Shown: positions 22,142 through 32,672, numbered from the stretch's first letter. The stretch: DNA of 46,078 bases from an uncultured Pelagibacteraceae bacterium (GCA_902525295.1 CABZGR010000001.1:1-46078), one strand, 5' to 3'. Program-made: numbers and translations. Notes: generated by a model not told the origin, from the sequence alone.

Positions 22142-22153
22142 AGGATTAATTAA

Positions 22154-23707
22154 ATGTTAAATAGAAGAGCCGATAAACTAGAATTAATAAGAATAGCAGA
22201 AGCAGTAGCTTTAGAAAAGTCAATTGATAAAGAATTAATAATTGGATCGATGGAAAATGGTATTGCTAAAGCAGCTAAATCTAAATTTGGATCTGAAAAT
22301 GAGATAAAAGTTGAAATTGATAGAGAAAGTGGAGAAATTGGAATATTCAGAAAATTGATAATTGTTGAAAACCCTGAAAATTCAAATTTAGAAATAACAA
22401 TTGATGCAGCGGTCAAGCTAAATGAAAATAACCAAGGAAAAAAGATAGGAGATGAAGTTCTTCAACCTTTGCCATCTTTTGATTTTGGCAGAATAGCTGC
22501 TCAAACTGCTAAACAAGTGATTAGTTTTAATGTAAGAGAAGCAGAGAGAGAGAGACAATTTAACGATTTTAAAGATAAAATTGATACTATCTTAAGTGGT
22601 ATAGTCAAAAGATTAGAATTTGGAAATGTAATTGTTGATTTAGGTAGAACTGAAGCAATAATTCAAAAAAACGAAATGATTCCAAGAGAAAATATAAAGG
22701 CCGGAGATAGAATTAAAGCGTATTGCTTAGATGTAAGAAGGGAACCAAGAGGACAACAAATATTTCTTTCACGAGCGCACCCCAAGTTTATGGAGAAACT
22801 TTTTATTCAAGAAGTTCCAGAAATATACGATGGTCTTATTGAAATTAAATCATCCTCAAGAGATCCAGGTAGCAGAGCTAAAATATGTGTAAAAGCAATT
22901 GATACATCATTAGATCCAGTGGGGGCATGTGTAGGTATGAGAGGAAGTAGAGTGCAAGCAGTTGTAAATGAACTTCAAGGTGAAAAAATTGATATAGTTA
23001 ATTGGTCAGAAGATCCTGCAGTTGTAGTTGCCAATGCACTTTCTCCAGCGGAGGTCCAAAGAGTCAATGTAGATGAACAAGGAAGAAAACTTGATGTTAT
23101 TTTGACCGAGGAAAATTTAAGTAAAGCGATTGGAAGAAGAGGTCAAAATGTTAGATTGGCAACCAAATTAATGAATTACGAAATAAATATTATGACTGAT
23201 CAAGAGGACTCAGAAAGAAGACAAATTGAATTCAAAGAGAAGACAGATAATTTTGTAAAAAATTTAGAGTTGGACGAAACATTGGGGCAGTTATTAGTAG
23301 CAGAAGGATTTTCTTCAATAGATGATATTAAAGATAGTAATCCTGAAGCTTTAATGAAAATAGAGGGTATAGAAGAAGAGACTGCTAAAGAATTAATTGA
23401 AAGAGCTAAAGAATTTTATCAAAAAGACCAAGAGGAAATAGCTAAAAGAATTAAAGATTTAGGATTAGAAAATGATTTAATTAATCACAAAGGTCTAACG
23501 CCTGGGATGCTAGTAACACTTGGTGAACAAAAAATACTAACACTAAACGATTTTGCAGATTTGGCATCTGATGAATTGACAGGTGGATACGATGTTGTCA
23601 AAGGAGAAAGATTAAGAATTAAAGGGTATTTAGAAGATTTTGCTCTTTCAAAAAAAGAAGCTGATGATTTGATTATGTCGGCAAGAGACATTGTGTATCA
23701 AGATTGA
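22154..23707 (+). CDS. nusA: Transcription termination factor NusA
   Basis: FGRIAAQTAKQ, RDPGSRAK, DPVGACVGMRGSRV, AIGRRGQNVRLA; acidic C-terminal repeats. Confidence 0.99.
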   Translation: MLNRRADKLELIRIAEAVALEKSIDKELIIGSMENGIAKAAKSKFGSENEIKVEIDRESGEIGIFRKLIIVENPENSNLEITIDAAVKLNENNQGKKIGDEVLQPLPSFDFGRIAAQTAKQVISFNVREAERERQFNDFKDKIDTILSGIVKRLEFGNVIVDLGRTEAIIQKNEMIPRENIKAGDRIKAYCLDVRREPRGQQIFLSRAHPKFMEKLFIQEVPEIYDGLIEIKSSSRDPGSRAKICVKAIDTSLDPVGACVGMRGSRVQAVVNELQGEKIDIVNWSEDPAVVVANALSPAEVQRVNVDEQGRKLDVILTEENLSKAIGRRGQNVRLATKLMNYEINIMTDQEDSERRQIEFKEKTDNFVKNLELDETLGQLLVAEGFSSIDDIKDSNPEALMKIEGIEEETAKELIERAKEFYQKDQEEIAKRIKDLGLENDLINHKGLTPGMLVTLGEQKILTLNDFADLASDELTGGYDVVKGERLRIKGYLEDFALSKKEADDLIMSARDIVYQD

Positions 23708-23717
23708 GAGATGAAAA

Positions 23718-25937
23718 ATGGAAAAGAAAAAACTAAAGTTATCAATTTCTGGAGCGTCCAAGAAAACAATCAATAGTATTGAACAAGCAAAATCTCAATC
23801 AAAAAATACAGTTGTAATTGAAAAAAGATCCCCAAGGTTTGGTGGCAAACCAAATTTTTCTAGAGGTGCTAAATCAACTGAAAGTAAATTACAAAGTACA
23901 TTTATCCCAAAAAAACCAAATTTTTCTAAACCTCCATCTCCAATAACATCTGATTTCGAAAAAAGAAAATTAGCAGAACAAAGAGCCACAAGAAGGTTAA
24001 AAGGTGAAAATTCCCAAAAAGAAAATAAGTCATCCAAAGCAGGAGTCAAAAGAAGAGAATTAAAGCTTACAATATCAAGAGCCTTAAGTGGAGAAGATAT
24101 TGGTACGAGATCAAGAAGTCTTGCCTCTTTAAAAAGAGCAAAACAAAAAGAAAATAGATCGCTTAACAAAGAGGAAATAAAAGAGAGTTTTAAACCAGTT
24201 AAAAGAGATATTAATATACCTGAAGTAATTACTATAAGGGAATTGGCTAATAGAATGGCAGAACAGTCCAGCAGTATAATAAAACATTTAATGGGTATGG
24301 GTGTAACTGTTACAATTAATCATACAATTGATGCAGATACAGCAGAATATTTAGTTAAAGAATTTGGACATAATCCTGTTAAAGAGAAAAAAGCAGAAGA
24401 GATCATAGAAAAAATTAAAGAAATAAAAACTCAAAACCTAAAAAGTAGAGCTCCTATAGTAACAGTTATGGGTCACGTGGATCATGGTAAGACATCTGTA
24501 TTAGATACTTTAAGAGAAGCTAATGTTGTTTCTGGCGAATTTGGAGGTATTACACAACATATCGGCGCATATCAGATAACAAATGAAAAAAATAAAATAA
24601 CTTTTATCGACACTCCCGGTCACGCAGCCTTCACCGAAATGCGAGCAAGGGGTTCAAAGTTAACAGATATAGTAATCCTCGTAGTTGCCGCTGATGATGG
24701 AGTTAAACCTCAAACAATAGAGTCAATAAAACATGCAAAAGCTGCCAAGGTACCAATTGTTGTTGCAATCAATAAGTGTGATCTGCCTGAAGCTGACCCT
24801 CAAAAAATTAAAAATCAACTTTTAGAATATGAACTTATAGCTGAAGATTTATCTGGAGATACATTAATGGTAGAAATTTCAACTAAAACAAAACAAAATT
24901 TAGATAAATTAGTAGAAAGTGTTGTTTTGCAAGCAGAGATATTAGACCTAAAAACTGATTTTGATACTGATGCAAAGGGTATAGTATTGGAGTCTAAAAT
25001 TGATATAGGTAGAGGACCAATAGCAAATGTAATTATTACTGCAGGTACTTTAAGAAAAGGTGATTATTTTGTTAGCGGTTTAAAGTGGGGAAAAGTTAGA
25101 GCCATAATAAATGATCAGGGAAAACAAATCGATTTAGCTGAACCTTCAACACCAGTTGAGATACTAGGAATTAATGGAGCGGCAAAATCAGGAGATGATT
25201 TTATTGTTCTAAAAACTGAAAAAGAAGCAAAATCTTTATCTGATGGCAGATTACAAGAGTCAAAAGAGAGTAAAAATCCATCATCCTTTGTTACCCAAGA
25301 CTCTGCTTTTAAAGACACATCATCTGAGGAATTAAATATTATTATAAAATCAGATGTTCATGGTTCCTCAGAAGCTATAAAAAATGCTATAAATCAAATT
25401 AAACATGATGAGGTAAAGCCAAAAATACTCTTATCAGATATTGGAATGGTTACAGAAACGGATGTAACATTAGCAAAAGCGTCTAATGCTGTAATTATAG
25501 CCTTCAATGTAAAACCTAGCAAAGAAGCTAAAAAAAGGGCAGAACAAGAAAAAATTTCAATTTCTAATTTTAATATTATTTATGAAGTTTTAGATTTTAT
25601 AAAAAATAAAATGTCTGGTTTACTAACACCAGAAGTAGACGAAAAGATTATTGGAACTGCAGAGATATTGGAAATATTTAAAGTTTCAAAAGTTGGCAAG
25701 GTTGCAGGCTCAAAAGTAACAGATGGAGAAATTACTCAAGACTCTAGCGCTAGAGTTATTAGAGATGGAGCTATAATTTTCAACGGAAAAATAGGCTCAA
25801 TATTTAGAGAAAAAAACCAAACTAAACAAGTATCTGCTGGTTTAGAATGTGGAATAACACTAAAAGATTTTGTCGATTTCCAGAAAAATGACGTAATTGA
25901 GGTTTATAATTCAACAATAACAGAGAGAACAATATAA
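23718..25937 (+). CDS. infB: Translation initiation factor IF-2
   Basis: GHVDHGKT, GGITQHIGAY, DTPGHAAF, NKCD. Confidence 0.99.
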   Translation: MEKKKLKLSISGASKKTINSIEQAKSQSKNTVVIEKRSPRFGGKPNFSRGAKSTESKLQSTFIPKKPNFSKPPSPITSDFEKRKLAEQRATRRLKGENSQKENKSSKAGVKRRELKLTISRALSGEDIGTRSRSLASLKRAKQKENRSLNKEEIKESFKPVKRDINIPEVITIRELANRMAEQSSSIIKHLMGMGVTVTINHTIDADTAEYLVKEFGHNPVKEKKAEEIIEKIKEIKTQNLKSRAPIVTVMGHVDHGKTSVLDTLREANVVSGEFGGITQHIGAYQITNEKNKITFIDTPGHAAFTEMRARGSKLTDIVILVVAADDGVKPQTIESIKHAKAAKVPIVVAINKCDLPEADPQKIKNQLLEYELIAEDLSGDTLMVEISTKTKQNLDKLVESVVLQAEILDLKTDFDTDAKGIVLESKIDIGRGPIANVIITAGTLRKGDYFVSGLKWGKVRAIINDQGKQIDLAEPSTPVEILGINGAAKSGDDFIVLKTEKEAKSLSDGRLQESKESKNPSSFVTQDSAFKDTSSEELNIIIKSDVHGSSEAIKNAINQIKHDEVKPKILLSDIGMVTETDVTLAKASNAVIIAFNVKPSKEAKKRAEQEKISISNFNIIYEVLDFIKNKMSGLLTPEVDEKIIGTAEILEIFKVSKVGKVAGSKVTDGEITQDSSARVIRDGAIIFNGKIGSIFREKNQTKQVSAGLECGITLKDFVDFQKNDVIEVYNSTITERTI

Positions 25938-26302
25938 TGGCTAGTTTAGGGAAACCAGTTACCCAAAGACAACTAAGAGTTGGAGAAATGATTAAACAGG
26001 CGCTAGGAATGTTATTTATTAGAGATGAAGCAAAATTGCCAAACTTATCTACCAAAGAAATAACAGTCACTGAAGTAAGAATGTCTCCAGATTTAAAGAC
26101 AGCAAAAATTTTTGTAATGCCTTTAGGCGGAAAAGATGCTGAAGAGATCGTTGCTAAATTAAAAGAATTTTCATTTGTAATAAGAAAAGTTTTATCAAAA
26201 AAGATAGTAATGAAATTTTTACCAAAACTATTTTTTGTAAAAGATGATTCTTTTGATTATGCGGAAAAAATTGAAAATTTAATAAAACAAACAAATAAAT
26301 AA
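25937..26302 (+). CDS. rbfA: Ribosome-binding factor A
   Basis: RQLRVGEMI, TVTEVRMSPDLKTA, PKLFFVKDDS; follows infB. Confidence 0.96.
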   Translation: MASLGKPVTQRQLRVGEMIKQALGMLFIRDEAKLPNLSTKEITVTEVRMSPDLKTAKIFVMPLGGKDAEEIVAKLKEFSFVIRKVLSKKIVMKFLPKLFFVKDDSFDYAEKIENLIKQTNK

Positions 26303-26312
26303 GGGAAAGAAA

Positions 26313-26561
26313 ATGACAAATAAAGAAAAAGAACTCTCAATTCATGATAAAGATACAGGTTCTTCAGAAGTCCAAGTTGCTCAATTGACAGACAAAATTG
26401 AGAACTTGTCTAAACATATTAAAAAGTTCAAAAAAGATAAACATTCATCTGTTGGACTTTTAAGAGCAGTAAATAGAAGAAAAAAATTATTAGACTATTT
26501 AAAGAAAAATAAAATGGAGTCTTATAAAGAAGTAATATCAAAATTAAATTTAAGGAAGTAA
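26313..26561 (+). CDS. rpsO: 30S ribosomal protein S15
   Basis: DTGSSEVQVA, KDKHS, RRKKLLDYL. Confidence 0.97.
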   Translation: MTNKEKELSIHDKDTGSSEVQVAQLTDKIENLSKHIKKFKKDKHSSVGLLRAVNRRKKLLDYLKKNKMESYKEVISKLNLRK

Positions 26562-28634
26562 ATGTTTAAAGTTGTAAAGAAAGAAATAGAAGTAGCAGGA
26601 AAAAAAATTAGTTTAGAAACAGGTAAAATAGCAAGACAAGCAGATGGTGCAATCATCGCTCAGTGTGGAGAAACGGTAGTTTTAGCAACAGCAGTTGGAG
26701 CCAAAAAAGTTAATCCAGATATGGATTACTTTCCTTTGTCAGTAAATTATCAAGAAAAATATTACGCAGCTGGTAAAATTCCGGGTGGATATTTTAAAAG
26801 AGAAGCAAGACCAACAGATAGTGAAACATTAATTTCAAGATTAATTGATAGACCTATTAGACCATTATTCCCAGATGAATTTAAAAACGAAGTTCAGGTA
26901 CTGCCAACTGTGATATCTTATGACAAAGAGAACGAAGCAGATATTTTATCAATAATTGCTTCATCAGCAGCTTTGGCAATTTCAGGAATGCCATTTTTGG
27001 GCCCAGTAGGTGCGTCTAGAGTTGGCTTTATTAAAGGAGAATACGTTCTTAACCCTACCAAAGCACAACTTAAAGATTCTAAATTAGATCTTGTGGTGGC
27101 TGGAACAAAAGACGCGGTTTTAATGGTTGAGTCCGAAGCAAGTGGTTTAACTGAAGAGGAAATGTTAAATGCTGTTAAGTTTGGTCATGAAGGGTTTGTT
27201 CCTGTAATCGAGATGATCGAGGATCTAGCCAAAGAATGCAAAAAACCTGATTGGGTAGTAGAGAAAAAAGATCTTTCAGAAGTAAAAAATAAATTGGAAA
27301 GCGAATTTACTGAGGAACTTAAAAAAGCATTTTCAATAAAAGATAAACAAGAAAGATCGAATTTAATTTCAGAAATAACTGATAAAGCAAAAAAGCTTTA
27401 TGAAGAAGATGAGAATTATACTGATCTTGACGTAAATTCTGAGCTTAAAAATTTAGAAAAAAGGATTGTCAGAACAGATATTCTAAAAAATAAAAATAGA
27501 ATTGATGGTAGGGGTCTTGCAGATGTTAGGCCAATTATGTGTGAAGTTGGAATTCTTCCAAGAGTTCATGGTTCTGCTTTGTTTACTCGAGGAGAAACTC
27601 AAGCAATAGTTACAACTACACTTGGTACATCTGATGATGAGCAAAAAATAGAAAGTCTTGAAGGATTACAAAAAGAAAGGTTTATGCTTCATTATAATTT
27701 TCCACCTTTCTCTGTTGGAGAAACTGGTAGAATAGGTACCGGAAGAAGAGAAATAGGTCATGGAAAATTAGCTTGGAGAGCAATAAATTCTTCTTTGCCT
27801 TCTAAAGAGAGTTTTCCCTACACATTTAGAATTGTATCAGAGATAACTGAGTCAAACGGTTCTTCTTCTATGGCGACTGTTTGTGGTTCATCTTTAGCTT
27901 TGATGGATGCAGGCGTGCCAATAAAAGAACCAGTTGCCGGTATTGCAATGGGATTAATTAAAGAAGGAGATGATTTCAGCGTACTTTCAGATATTCTTGG
28001 AGATGAAGATCACCTAGGTGATATGGACTTTAAAGTTGCTGGAACTAAAGACGGAATAACATCTCTTCAAATGGATATTAAAATTACAGGAATAACATTT
28101 GAAATTATGGAGCAAGCCTTAAAACAAGCAAAAGATGGAAGAATTCACATTCTAGGTGAAATGAATAAAGCGTTATCTAAATCAAGGGAAGATGTTGGAA
28201 AACATACTCCTAAGATGGAGAAAATTACTGTAGATAAGAAAGATATTGCTACAGTCATTGGAAAAGGTGGAGCAACTATAAGAGAAATAGTTGAGGTATC
28301 TGGTGCCAAAGTTGACATCAATGACGAAGGAGAAGTTACAGTAGCTGCTCCAGATGAGGAATCAAGAAACAAAGCTATGCAAATGATTAAAGACTTAACT
28401 GCTAAAGCTGAACTCAATAAAATTTACAATGGAAAAGTAATGAAAATTATGGAGTTTGGTGCGTTTGTTAATTTCCTAGGAAAACAAGATGGCCTTGTTC
28501 ACATATCAGAGCTTGCTGATAAAAGAGTCGGCAAAGTAACTGATGTAGTAAAAGAAGGTGATGAAGTTAAAGTTAAAGTAATAGGCTTTGATAGAGGAAA
28601 AGTTAAGTTATCAATTAAACAAGCCGCAATATAA
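26562..28634 (+). CDS. pnp: Polyribonucleotide nucleotidyltransferase
   Basis: [34 protein letters not shown]; KH and S1 domains. Confidence 0.99.
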   Translation: MFKVVKKEIEVAGKKISLETGKIARQADGAIIAQCGETVVLATAVGAKKVNPDMDYFPLSVNYQEKYYAAGKIPGGYFKREARPTDSETLISRLIDRPIRPLFPDEFKNEVQVLPTVISYDKENEADILSIIASSAALAISGMPFLGPVGASRVGFIKGEYVLNPTKAQLKDSKLDLVVAGTKDAVLMVESEASGLTEEEMLNAVKFGHEGFVPVIEMIEDLAKECKKPDWVVEKKDLSEVKNKLESEFTEELKKAFSIKDKQERSNLISEITDKAKKLYEEDENYTDLDVNSELKNLEKRIVRTDILKNKNRIDGRGLADVRPIMCEVGILPRVHGSALFTRGETQAIVTTTLGTSDDEQKIESLEGLQKERFMLHYNFPPFSVGETGRIGTGRREIGHGKLAWRAINSSLPSKESFPYTFRIVSEITESNGSSSMATVCGSSLALMDAGVPIKEPVAGIAMGLIKEGDDFSVLSDILGDEDHLGDMDFKVAGTKDGITSLQMDIKITGITFEIMEQALKQAKDGRIHILGEMNKALSKSREDVGKHTPKMEKITVDKKDIATVIGKGGATIREIVEVSGAKVDINDEGEVTVAAPDEESRNKAMQMIKDLTAKAELNKIYNGKVMKIMEFGAFVNFLGKQDGLVHISELADKRVGKVTDVVKEGDEVKVKVIGFDRGKVKLSIKQAAI

Positions 28635-28649
28635 ATTTATAGGAGAATT

Positions 28650-29012
28650 GTGAAAAAATTTGATGATTTAATGAGCGTAAGTAATGAAATTGAAAATATT
28701 AACGCTAGTGATGCAAAAGAAAAGCTAAATGACCCAAATGTTCAATTTATCGATGTTAGAGATAAAGAGAGCTTTTCAAAAGGCACGATCGGTAATGCAA
28801 TTCACTTAGATAGAGGTTTATTAGAATTTTATTTAGCAGAAGGAAGTCCTCTTGAAAATGATATGTTTAAAAATAATCCTGATAAAGAATATGTAGTTTT
28901 TTGTGGTGTTGGTGGACAAGGAACATTAGCAACCAAAACTATGAAGGATATGGGGGTTAAAAATGTCAAAAATATCACTGGTGGCATGAAAGAGTGGGAA
29001 AAGATCAAGTAA
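28650..29012 (+). CDS. Single-domain rhodanese-like protein
   Basis: IDVRD, RGLLEF, VVFCGVGGQG loop with catalytic Cys, GGMKEW; AGGAG RBS before GTG. Confidence 0.9.
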   Translation: MKKFDDLMSVSNEIENINASDAKEKLNDPNVQFIDVRDKESFSKGTIGNAIHLDRGLLEFYLAEGSPLENDMFKNNPDKEYVVFCGVGGQGTLATKTMKDMGVKNVKNITGGMKEWEKIK

Positions 29013-29039
29013 AAAATAATTGTAATAAATTATAATAGA

Positions 29040-29191
29040 ATGAAGCTTTTAAAAAACTATAAGTTAGAACTACAGAAAAATAAATATGGAAGATATTTAT
29101 TACTTGGTAGTTTTGCATTTTTTTTATTAAAGGTTTAATCTGGTTAGGTATTTTTGTTGCTGTTGGCTTAGGTATTACTAATTCTTTTTAA
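29040..29191 (+). pseudogene. Small membrane protein gene split by a frameshift at a T8 run
   Basis: Frame 0 from ATG 29040 reads MKLLKNYKLELQKNKYGRYLLLGSFAFFLLKV* (stop 29136-29138). The -1 frame continues IKGLIWLGIFVAVGLGITNSF* (stop 29189-29191), giving ~50 aa when joined. Confidence 0.6.
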
Positions 29192-29577
29192 ATTAAGACA
29201 ATTAACAACAAAATCATTTGCACAAAATTTATCACTACAGAAACAAAATGTGATTGTTTAAATTTTTTATCCTGCTTTTCATCTCTGAACTTATTTATCA
29301 GTGGCATTAGTACAAAATTTGATACAGCAAATAATACCGCAATACTTAAAATTAAATAAAAATCTAAGGAAAAAATTTTTAGTATTATAAAGCAAATTAA
29401 AACTAAAATACTAATAGCTAAATTAACAGTGTAGTAATAAGGAAATATTTTTCTTATAAATTTTCTAGAATTTTCCTCATCTAATGCAGTGAAAGTTACA
29501 GGCGCTACAACAAAAGAAAAGAAGAGCATAATTCCCAATATAATACTTGTTAGATAAATACTAATTTGTTCCGTCAT
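29188..29577 (-). CDS. DUF4149/TMEM205-like 4-TM membrane protein
   Basis: LGIMLFFSFVVAPVTF, IFPYYY, LMPLIN, F...H..SV..N pattern. Confidence 0.75.
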   Translation of the reverse strand: MTEQISIYLTSIILGIMLFFSFVVAPVTFTALDEENSRKFIRKIFPYYYTVNLAISILVLICFIILKIFSLDFYLILSIAVLFAVSNFVLMPLINKFRDEKQDKKFKQSHFVSVVINFVQMILLLIVLI

Positions 29578-29601
29578 AATTTAACTAAATTTAACTAAAT
29601 T

Positions 29602-30387
29602 TCAGGTAATGTTCTTGGGATCTGGCATTCCAACTTTATTGTAACCAGCATCCACATAATGAATTTCTCCAGTAACACCACCTGCCATATCGCTTAAAAG
29701 ATATAATGCTGAATTTCCAACATCAAGATTATCAACATTTCTTTTTAAGAACGAATGATCAGCATTCCACTTGTAAAGAAATTTAGCATCGCCAATGGCA
29801 GATGCAGCTAGTGTTTTGATTGGACCCGCACTAATTGCATTAACTCTAATATTCTTTGCCCCCAGATCCCTTGCTAGATATTTAACACTAGACTCTAGTG
29901 CAGCTTTACATACTCCCATTACATTATAATTCGGTATGGCTTTATTTGCTTCATAACTCAAAGTAATCATACTACCACCTTGATTCATTATTTTAGATGC
30001 CTCTCTAGCAACTTCAGTAAATGAAAAACAAGATATCAACATACTTCTTAAAAAGTTTTCTCTAGTTGTATTTAAATATACTCCTGATAACTCGGACTTA
30101 TCTGAAAATGCAATTGCATGAACGATAAAATCAATTTCTCCCCATTGACTTTTTATATCTTCAAAAAGTTTTACAACTTCTTCTTTTTTTTCTACATCAC
30201 AGCTAAAAGTTACATTTGAATTTAGTTTTTCCGCAAGTGGAACAACTCTTTTTTTTAAAGCATCACCCAAATATGTAAAAGCTAACTCTGCTCCAGCTTC
30301 TGCTAGTTTTTGAGATATGCCCCATGCAATTGACCTTTCATTGGCAACGCCCATGATAAGACCTTTTTTTCCCTTCATTAAACTCAT
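29602..30387 (-). CDS. fabI: Enoyl-ACP reductase FabI
   Basis: GVANERSIAWGI, YNVMGVCKAALE, ISAGPIKTLA; start placed at MSLMKGK (30387). Confidence 0.97.
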   Translation of the reverse strand: MSLMKGKKGLIMGVANERSIAWGISQKLAEAGAELAFTYLGDALKKRVVPLAEKLNSNVTFSCDVEKKEEVVKLFEDIKSQWGEIDFIVHAIAFSDKSELSGVYLNTTRENFLRSMLISCFSFTEVAREASKIMNQGGSMITLSYEANKAIPNYNVMGVCKAALESSVKYLARDLGAKNIRVNAISAGPIKTLAASAIGDAKFLYKWNADHSFLKRNVDNLDVGNSALYLLSDMAGGVTGEIHYVDAGYNKVGMPDPKNIT

Positions 30388-30391
30388 AGAT

Positions 30392-31603
30392 CTAAACTTT
30401 CTCAAACACTAATGTTGCATTAGTTCCACCAAAACCAAAGCTGTTAGACATAATTGCATTTAAATTTACGTCTTTTTCAACTTGTGTAACAATCGGATAG
30501 TTCTTAGCTTCATCATCCATTTCTGAAATATTTGCTGATGCTGAAATAAAATTATTTTTCATCATTATCAAACTGTAAATTGCTTCGTGAACTGAAGTTG
30601 CACCTAATGAATGACCTGACAAAGATTTTGTTGAACTTATCTTAGGTTTATATTCTGGGAAAGCTTCACCAACTGCTTTTAATTCTGTAATATCTCCTAC
30701 AGGTGTTGATGTCCCGTGAGTATTAATATAGTCAATTTTATTTTTTGAAGTTGCTAGAGCCATTTTCATACATCTAACCGCTCCCTCGCCAGATGGCGCA
30801 ACCATATCATAACCATCTGATGTCGCTCCATATCCAGTTAATTCTGCGTATATTTTAGCACCTCTTGCTTTGGCATGTTCGTATTCTTCTAAAACAAGAA
30901 CTCCACCTCCACCGGAAATAACAAAACCATCTCTAGTTTTATCATACGGCCTTGAGGCTTTTTCAGGGGTATCGTTATATTTCGAGGATAGTGCAGTCAT
31001 TGCATCAAACATTGCAGTCATAGCAAAGTGAACCTCATCACTGCCACCTGCAAAAATAATATTTTGTTTTCCTAATTGAATAAGCTCCATTGCGTTACCT
31101 ATACAATGACCACTCGTTGCACATGCAGAACTTATTGTGTAATTAGTGCCTTTGATTTTAAATGGAACCGCTAGAGTGGCAGAAGCAGTACTTGCCATAG
31201 TTCTTGGAACTATAAATGGACCCATTTTTTTTGGATTTTTTTCTCTAGTTTTATCTGATGCTAAAATCACATTTTCAATTGATGGTCCCCCAGATCCCAT
31301 GACCATACCTGTTGAAATATTACTAACCTCATTTTCTTCTAATCCAGAGTCTTTAACTGCTTCACTCATTGCAACATAATTATATGCTGATCCTGCACCC
31401 ATAAACCTTATAACTTTTCTATCTATATAATCTTCCAATTTGATATTAGGTTTACCATGAACATGGCTTTTTAAATTATGCTCTTTGTATTCTTCAGAAA
31501 ATGTTATTCCAGATTTTGTATTAACTAATGATTGATAAACCTCATCTTGATTGTTTCCCAAACATGAAACTACACCAAGTCCTGTTACAACTACTCTTTT
31601 CAT
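30392..31603 (-). CDS. fabB: Beta-ketoacyl-ACP synthase I
   Basis: [28 protein letters not shown]; follows fabA. Confidence 0.97.
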   Translation of the reverse strand: MKRVVVTGLGVVSCLGNNQDEVYQSLVNTKSGITFSEEYKEHNLKSHVHGKPNIKLEDYIDRKVIRFMGAGSAYNYVAMSEAVKDSGLEENEVSNISTGMVMGSGGPSIENVILASDKTREKNPKKMGPFIVPRTMASTASATLAVPFKIKGTNYTISSACATSGHCIGNAMELIQLGKQNIIFAGGSDEVHFAMTAMFDAMTALSSKYNDTPEKASRPYDKTRDGFVISGGGGVLVLEEYEHAKARGAKIYAELTGYGATSDGYDMVAPSGEGAVRCMKMALATSKNKIDYINTHGTSTPVGDITELKAVGEAFPEYKPKISSTKSLSGHSLGATSVHEAIYSLIMMKNNFISASANISEMDDEAKNYPIVTQVEKDVNLNAIMSNSFGFGGTNATLVFEKV

Positions 31604-32103
31604 TATTTAAATAATCCTACCTTAAGATTTTCTGCACTATAAATCTTTTTACCATCAGCAAGCAATATTCCATTCGCAAGACCTACAGTTGTTTCTCCTT
31701 TAACAAGAATTCTTTTCATATCTATTTCATATGTTGCCATTTTGACATTTTTAAGAACTTCCCCAGTGAATTTTACAGTGCTTACACCCAATGCTCTACC
31801 TCTTCCTGGTTTTCCAAGCCAACCAAGAAAAAAGCCAACTAGCTGCCACATAGCATCTAAACCAAGACAACCTGGCATAACAGGATCTTCTCTAAAATGA
31901 CAATCAAAAAACCACAAATTATCCTTAATATCAAGTTCGGCTTTCATAGATCCCTTTTTATAAAAACCCTCATCATCAGTTATTTCTGTAATTCTATCAA
32001 ACATTAGCATTGGTGGAGAAGGTAATTTTGCATTACCTGGACCAAATAACTTACCATTAGCGCAATCAATTAATTCGTCGTAATTAAATGAACTTTTTTT
32101 CAT
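31603..32103 (-). CDS. fabA: 3-hydroxydecanoyl-ACP dehydratase/isomerase
   Basis: [34 protein letters not shown]. Confidence 0.98.
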   Translation of the reverse strand: MKKSSFNYDELIDCANGKLFGPGNAKLPSPPMLMFDRITEITDDEGFYKKGSMKAELDIKDNLWFFDCHFREDPVMPGCLGLDAMWQLVGFFLGWLGKPGRGRALGVSTVKFTGEVLKNVKMATYEIDMKRILVKGETTVGLANGILLADGKKIYSAENLKVGLFK

Positions 32104-32153
32104 AATTTTGTAATCTTATTACTTGATTTAGGTACATTATAATATACAAATAG

Positions 32154-32170
32154 TTTAGAATAGTTTTAAA
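32154..32170. promoter_or_regulatory. ICE (Irr-box)-like site upstream of irr
   Basis: TTTAGAA-TAG-TTTTAAA has one mismatch to the ICE consensus TTTAGAA-N3-TTCTAAA and ends 6 nt before the irr ATG. Confidence 0.7.
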
Positions 32171-32176
32171 TTGCTA

Positions 32177-32587
32177 ATGACTAGTAAACAAGAATTTATT
32201 GAAAAACTAAGAAACTCCAGCTTAAGACCAACTAAACAAAGAATAAATATATGTGAGGTTTTATTTAATAGAGATAAAACTTTCCATTTCACAATAAACG
32301 ACTTATTCAATTTGATCAAAGATAAAACTGGAGAGAAAGTTTCTTTAGCAACTGTTTACAATACAGTTCATGCATTTCATAAAAAAGGGTATCTAAAAGA
32401 AATTCCGATAAATTCTAATCAAACCTACTTTGATACAAATGTCACAGATCATCACCATTTCTTTGACGTTAAAGAAGAAAAGCTTATTGATCTTAAAAAT
32501 GAGGATGTAGGACCAATAGAAATTCAAAAATCCATACCTGGAAAAAAAATTAAATCAGTTGAAGTTTTAGTTAAATTAGAAGACTAG
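32177..32587 (+). CDS. irr: Iron response regulator Irr (Fur family)
   Basis: LRPTKQR, SLATVYNT, YFDTN..DHHHFF triple-His motif; divergent from fabA as in alphaproteobacteria. ATG 32177 preferred. Confidence 0.88.
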   Translation: MTSKQEFIEKLRNSSLRPTKQRINICEVLFNRDKTFHFTINDLFNLIKDKTGEKVSLATVYNTVHAFHKKGYLKEIPINSNQTYFDTNVTDHHHFFDVKEEKLIDLKNEDVGPIEIQKSIPGKKIKSVEVLVKLED

Positions 32588-32621
32588 GTTTTCAAAATTA
32601 CACCATAAATACTCTGACTTA

Positions 32622-32650
32622 TTGACAATCTTCTTTAGAATAATTATAAA
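32622..32650 (+). promoter_or_regulatory. Sigma70 promoter of katG
   Basis: TTGACA (32622-32627), N17, TATAAA (32645-32650); AAGGAG RBS at 32678-32683. Confidence 0.8.
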
Positions 32651-32672
32651 CAAGGAATTAGAATAATTATAA
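32635..32672. promoter_or_regulatory. Two identical ICE/Per-box-like operators on the katG promoter
   Basis: TTAGAATAATTATAA at 32635-32649 and 32658-32672 (7-1-7 near-palindrome, 23-bp period). Confidence 0.75.

Noticed and set aside
29578-29602. 10-bp tandem repeat TTAACTAAAT x2 as a CtrA site
   Set aside because: TTAA half-sites are spaced N6 rather than N7, and the low-complexity AT sequence could arise by chance.
30388-30405. N-terminal extension of FabI overlapping fabB
   Set aside because: MSLMKGK at 30387 matches typical FabI starts and avoids the overlap.
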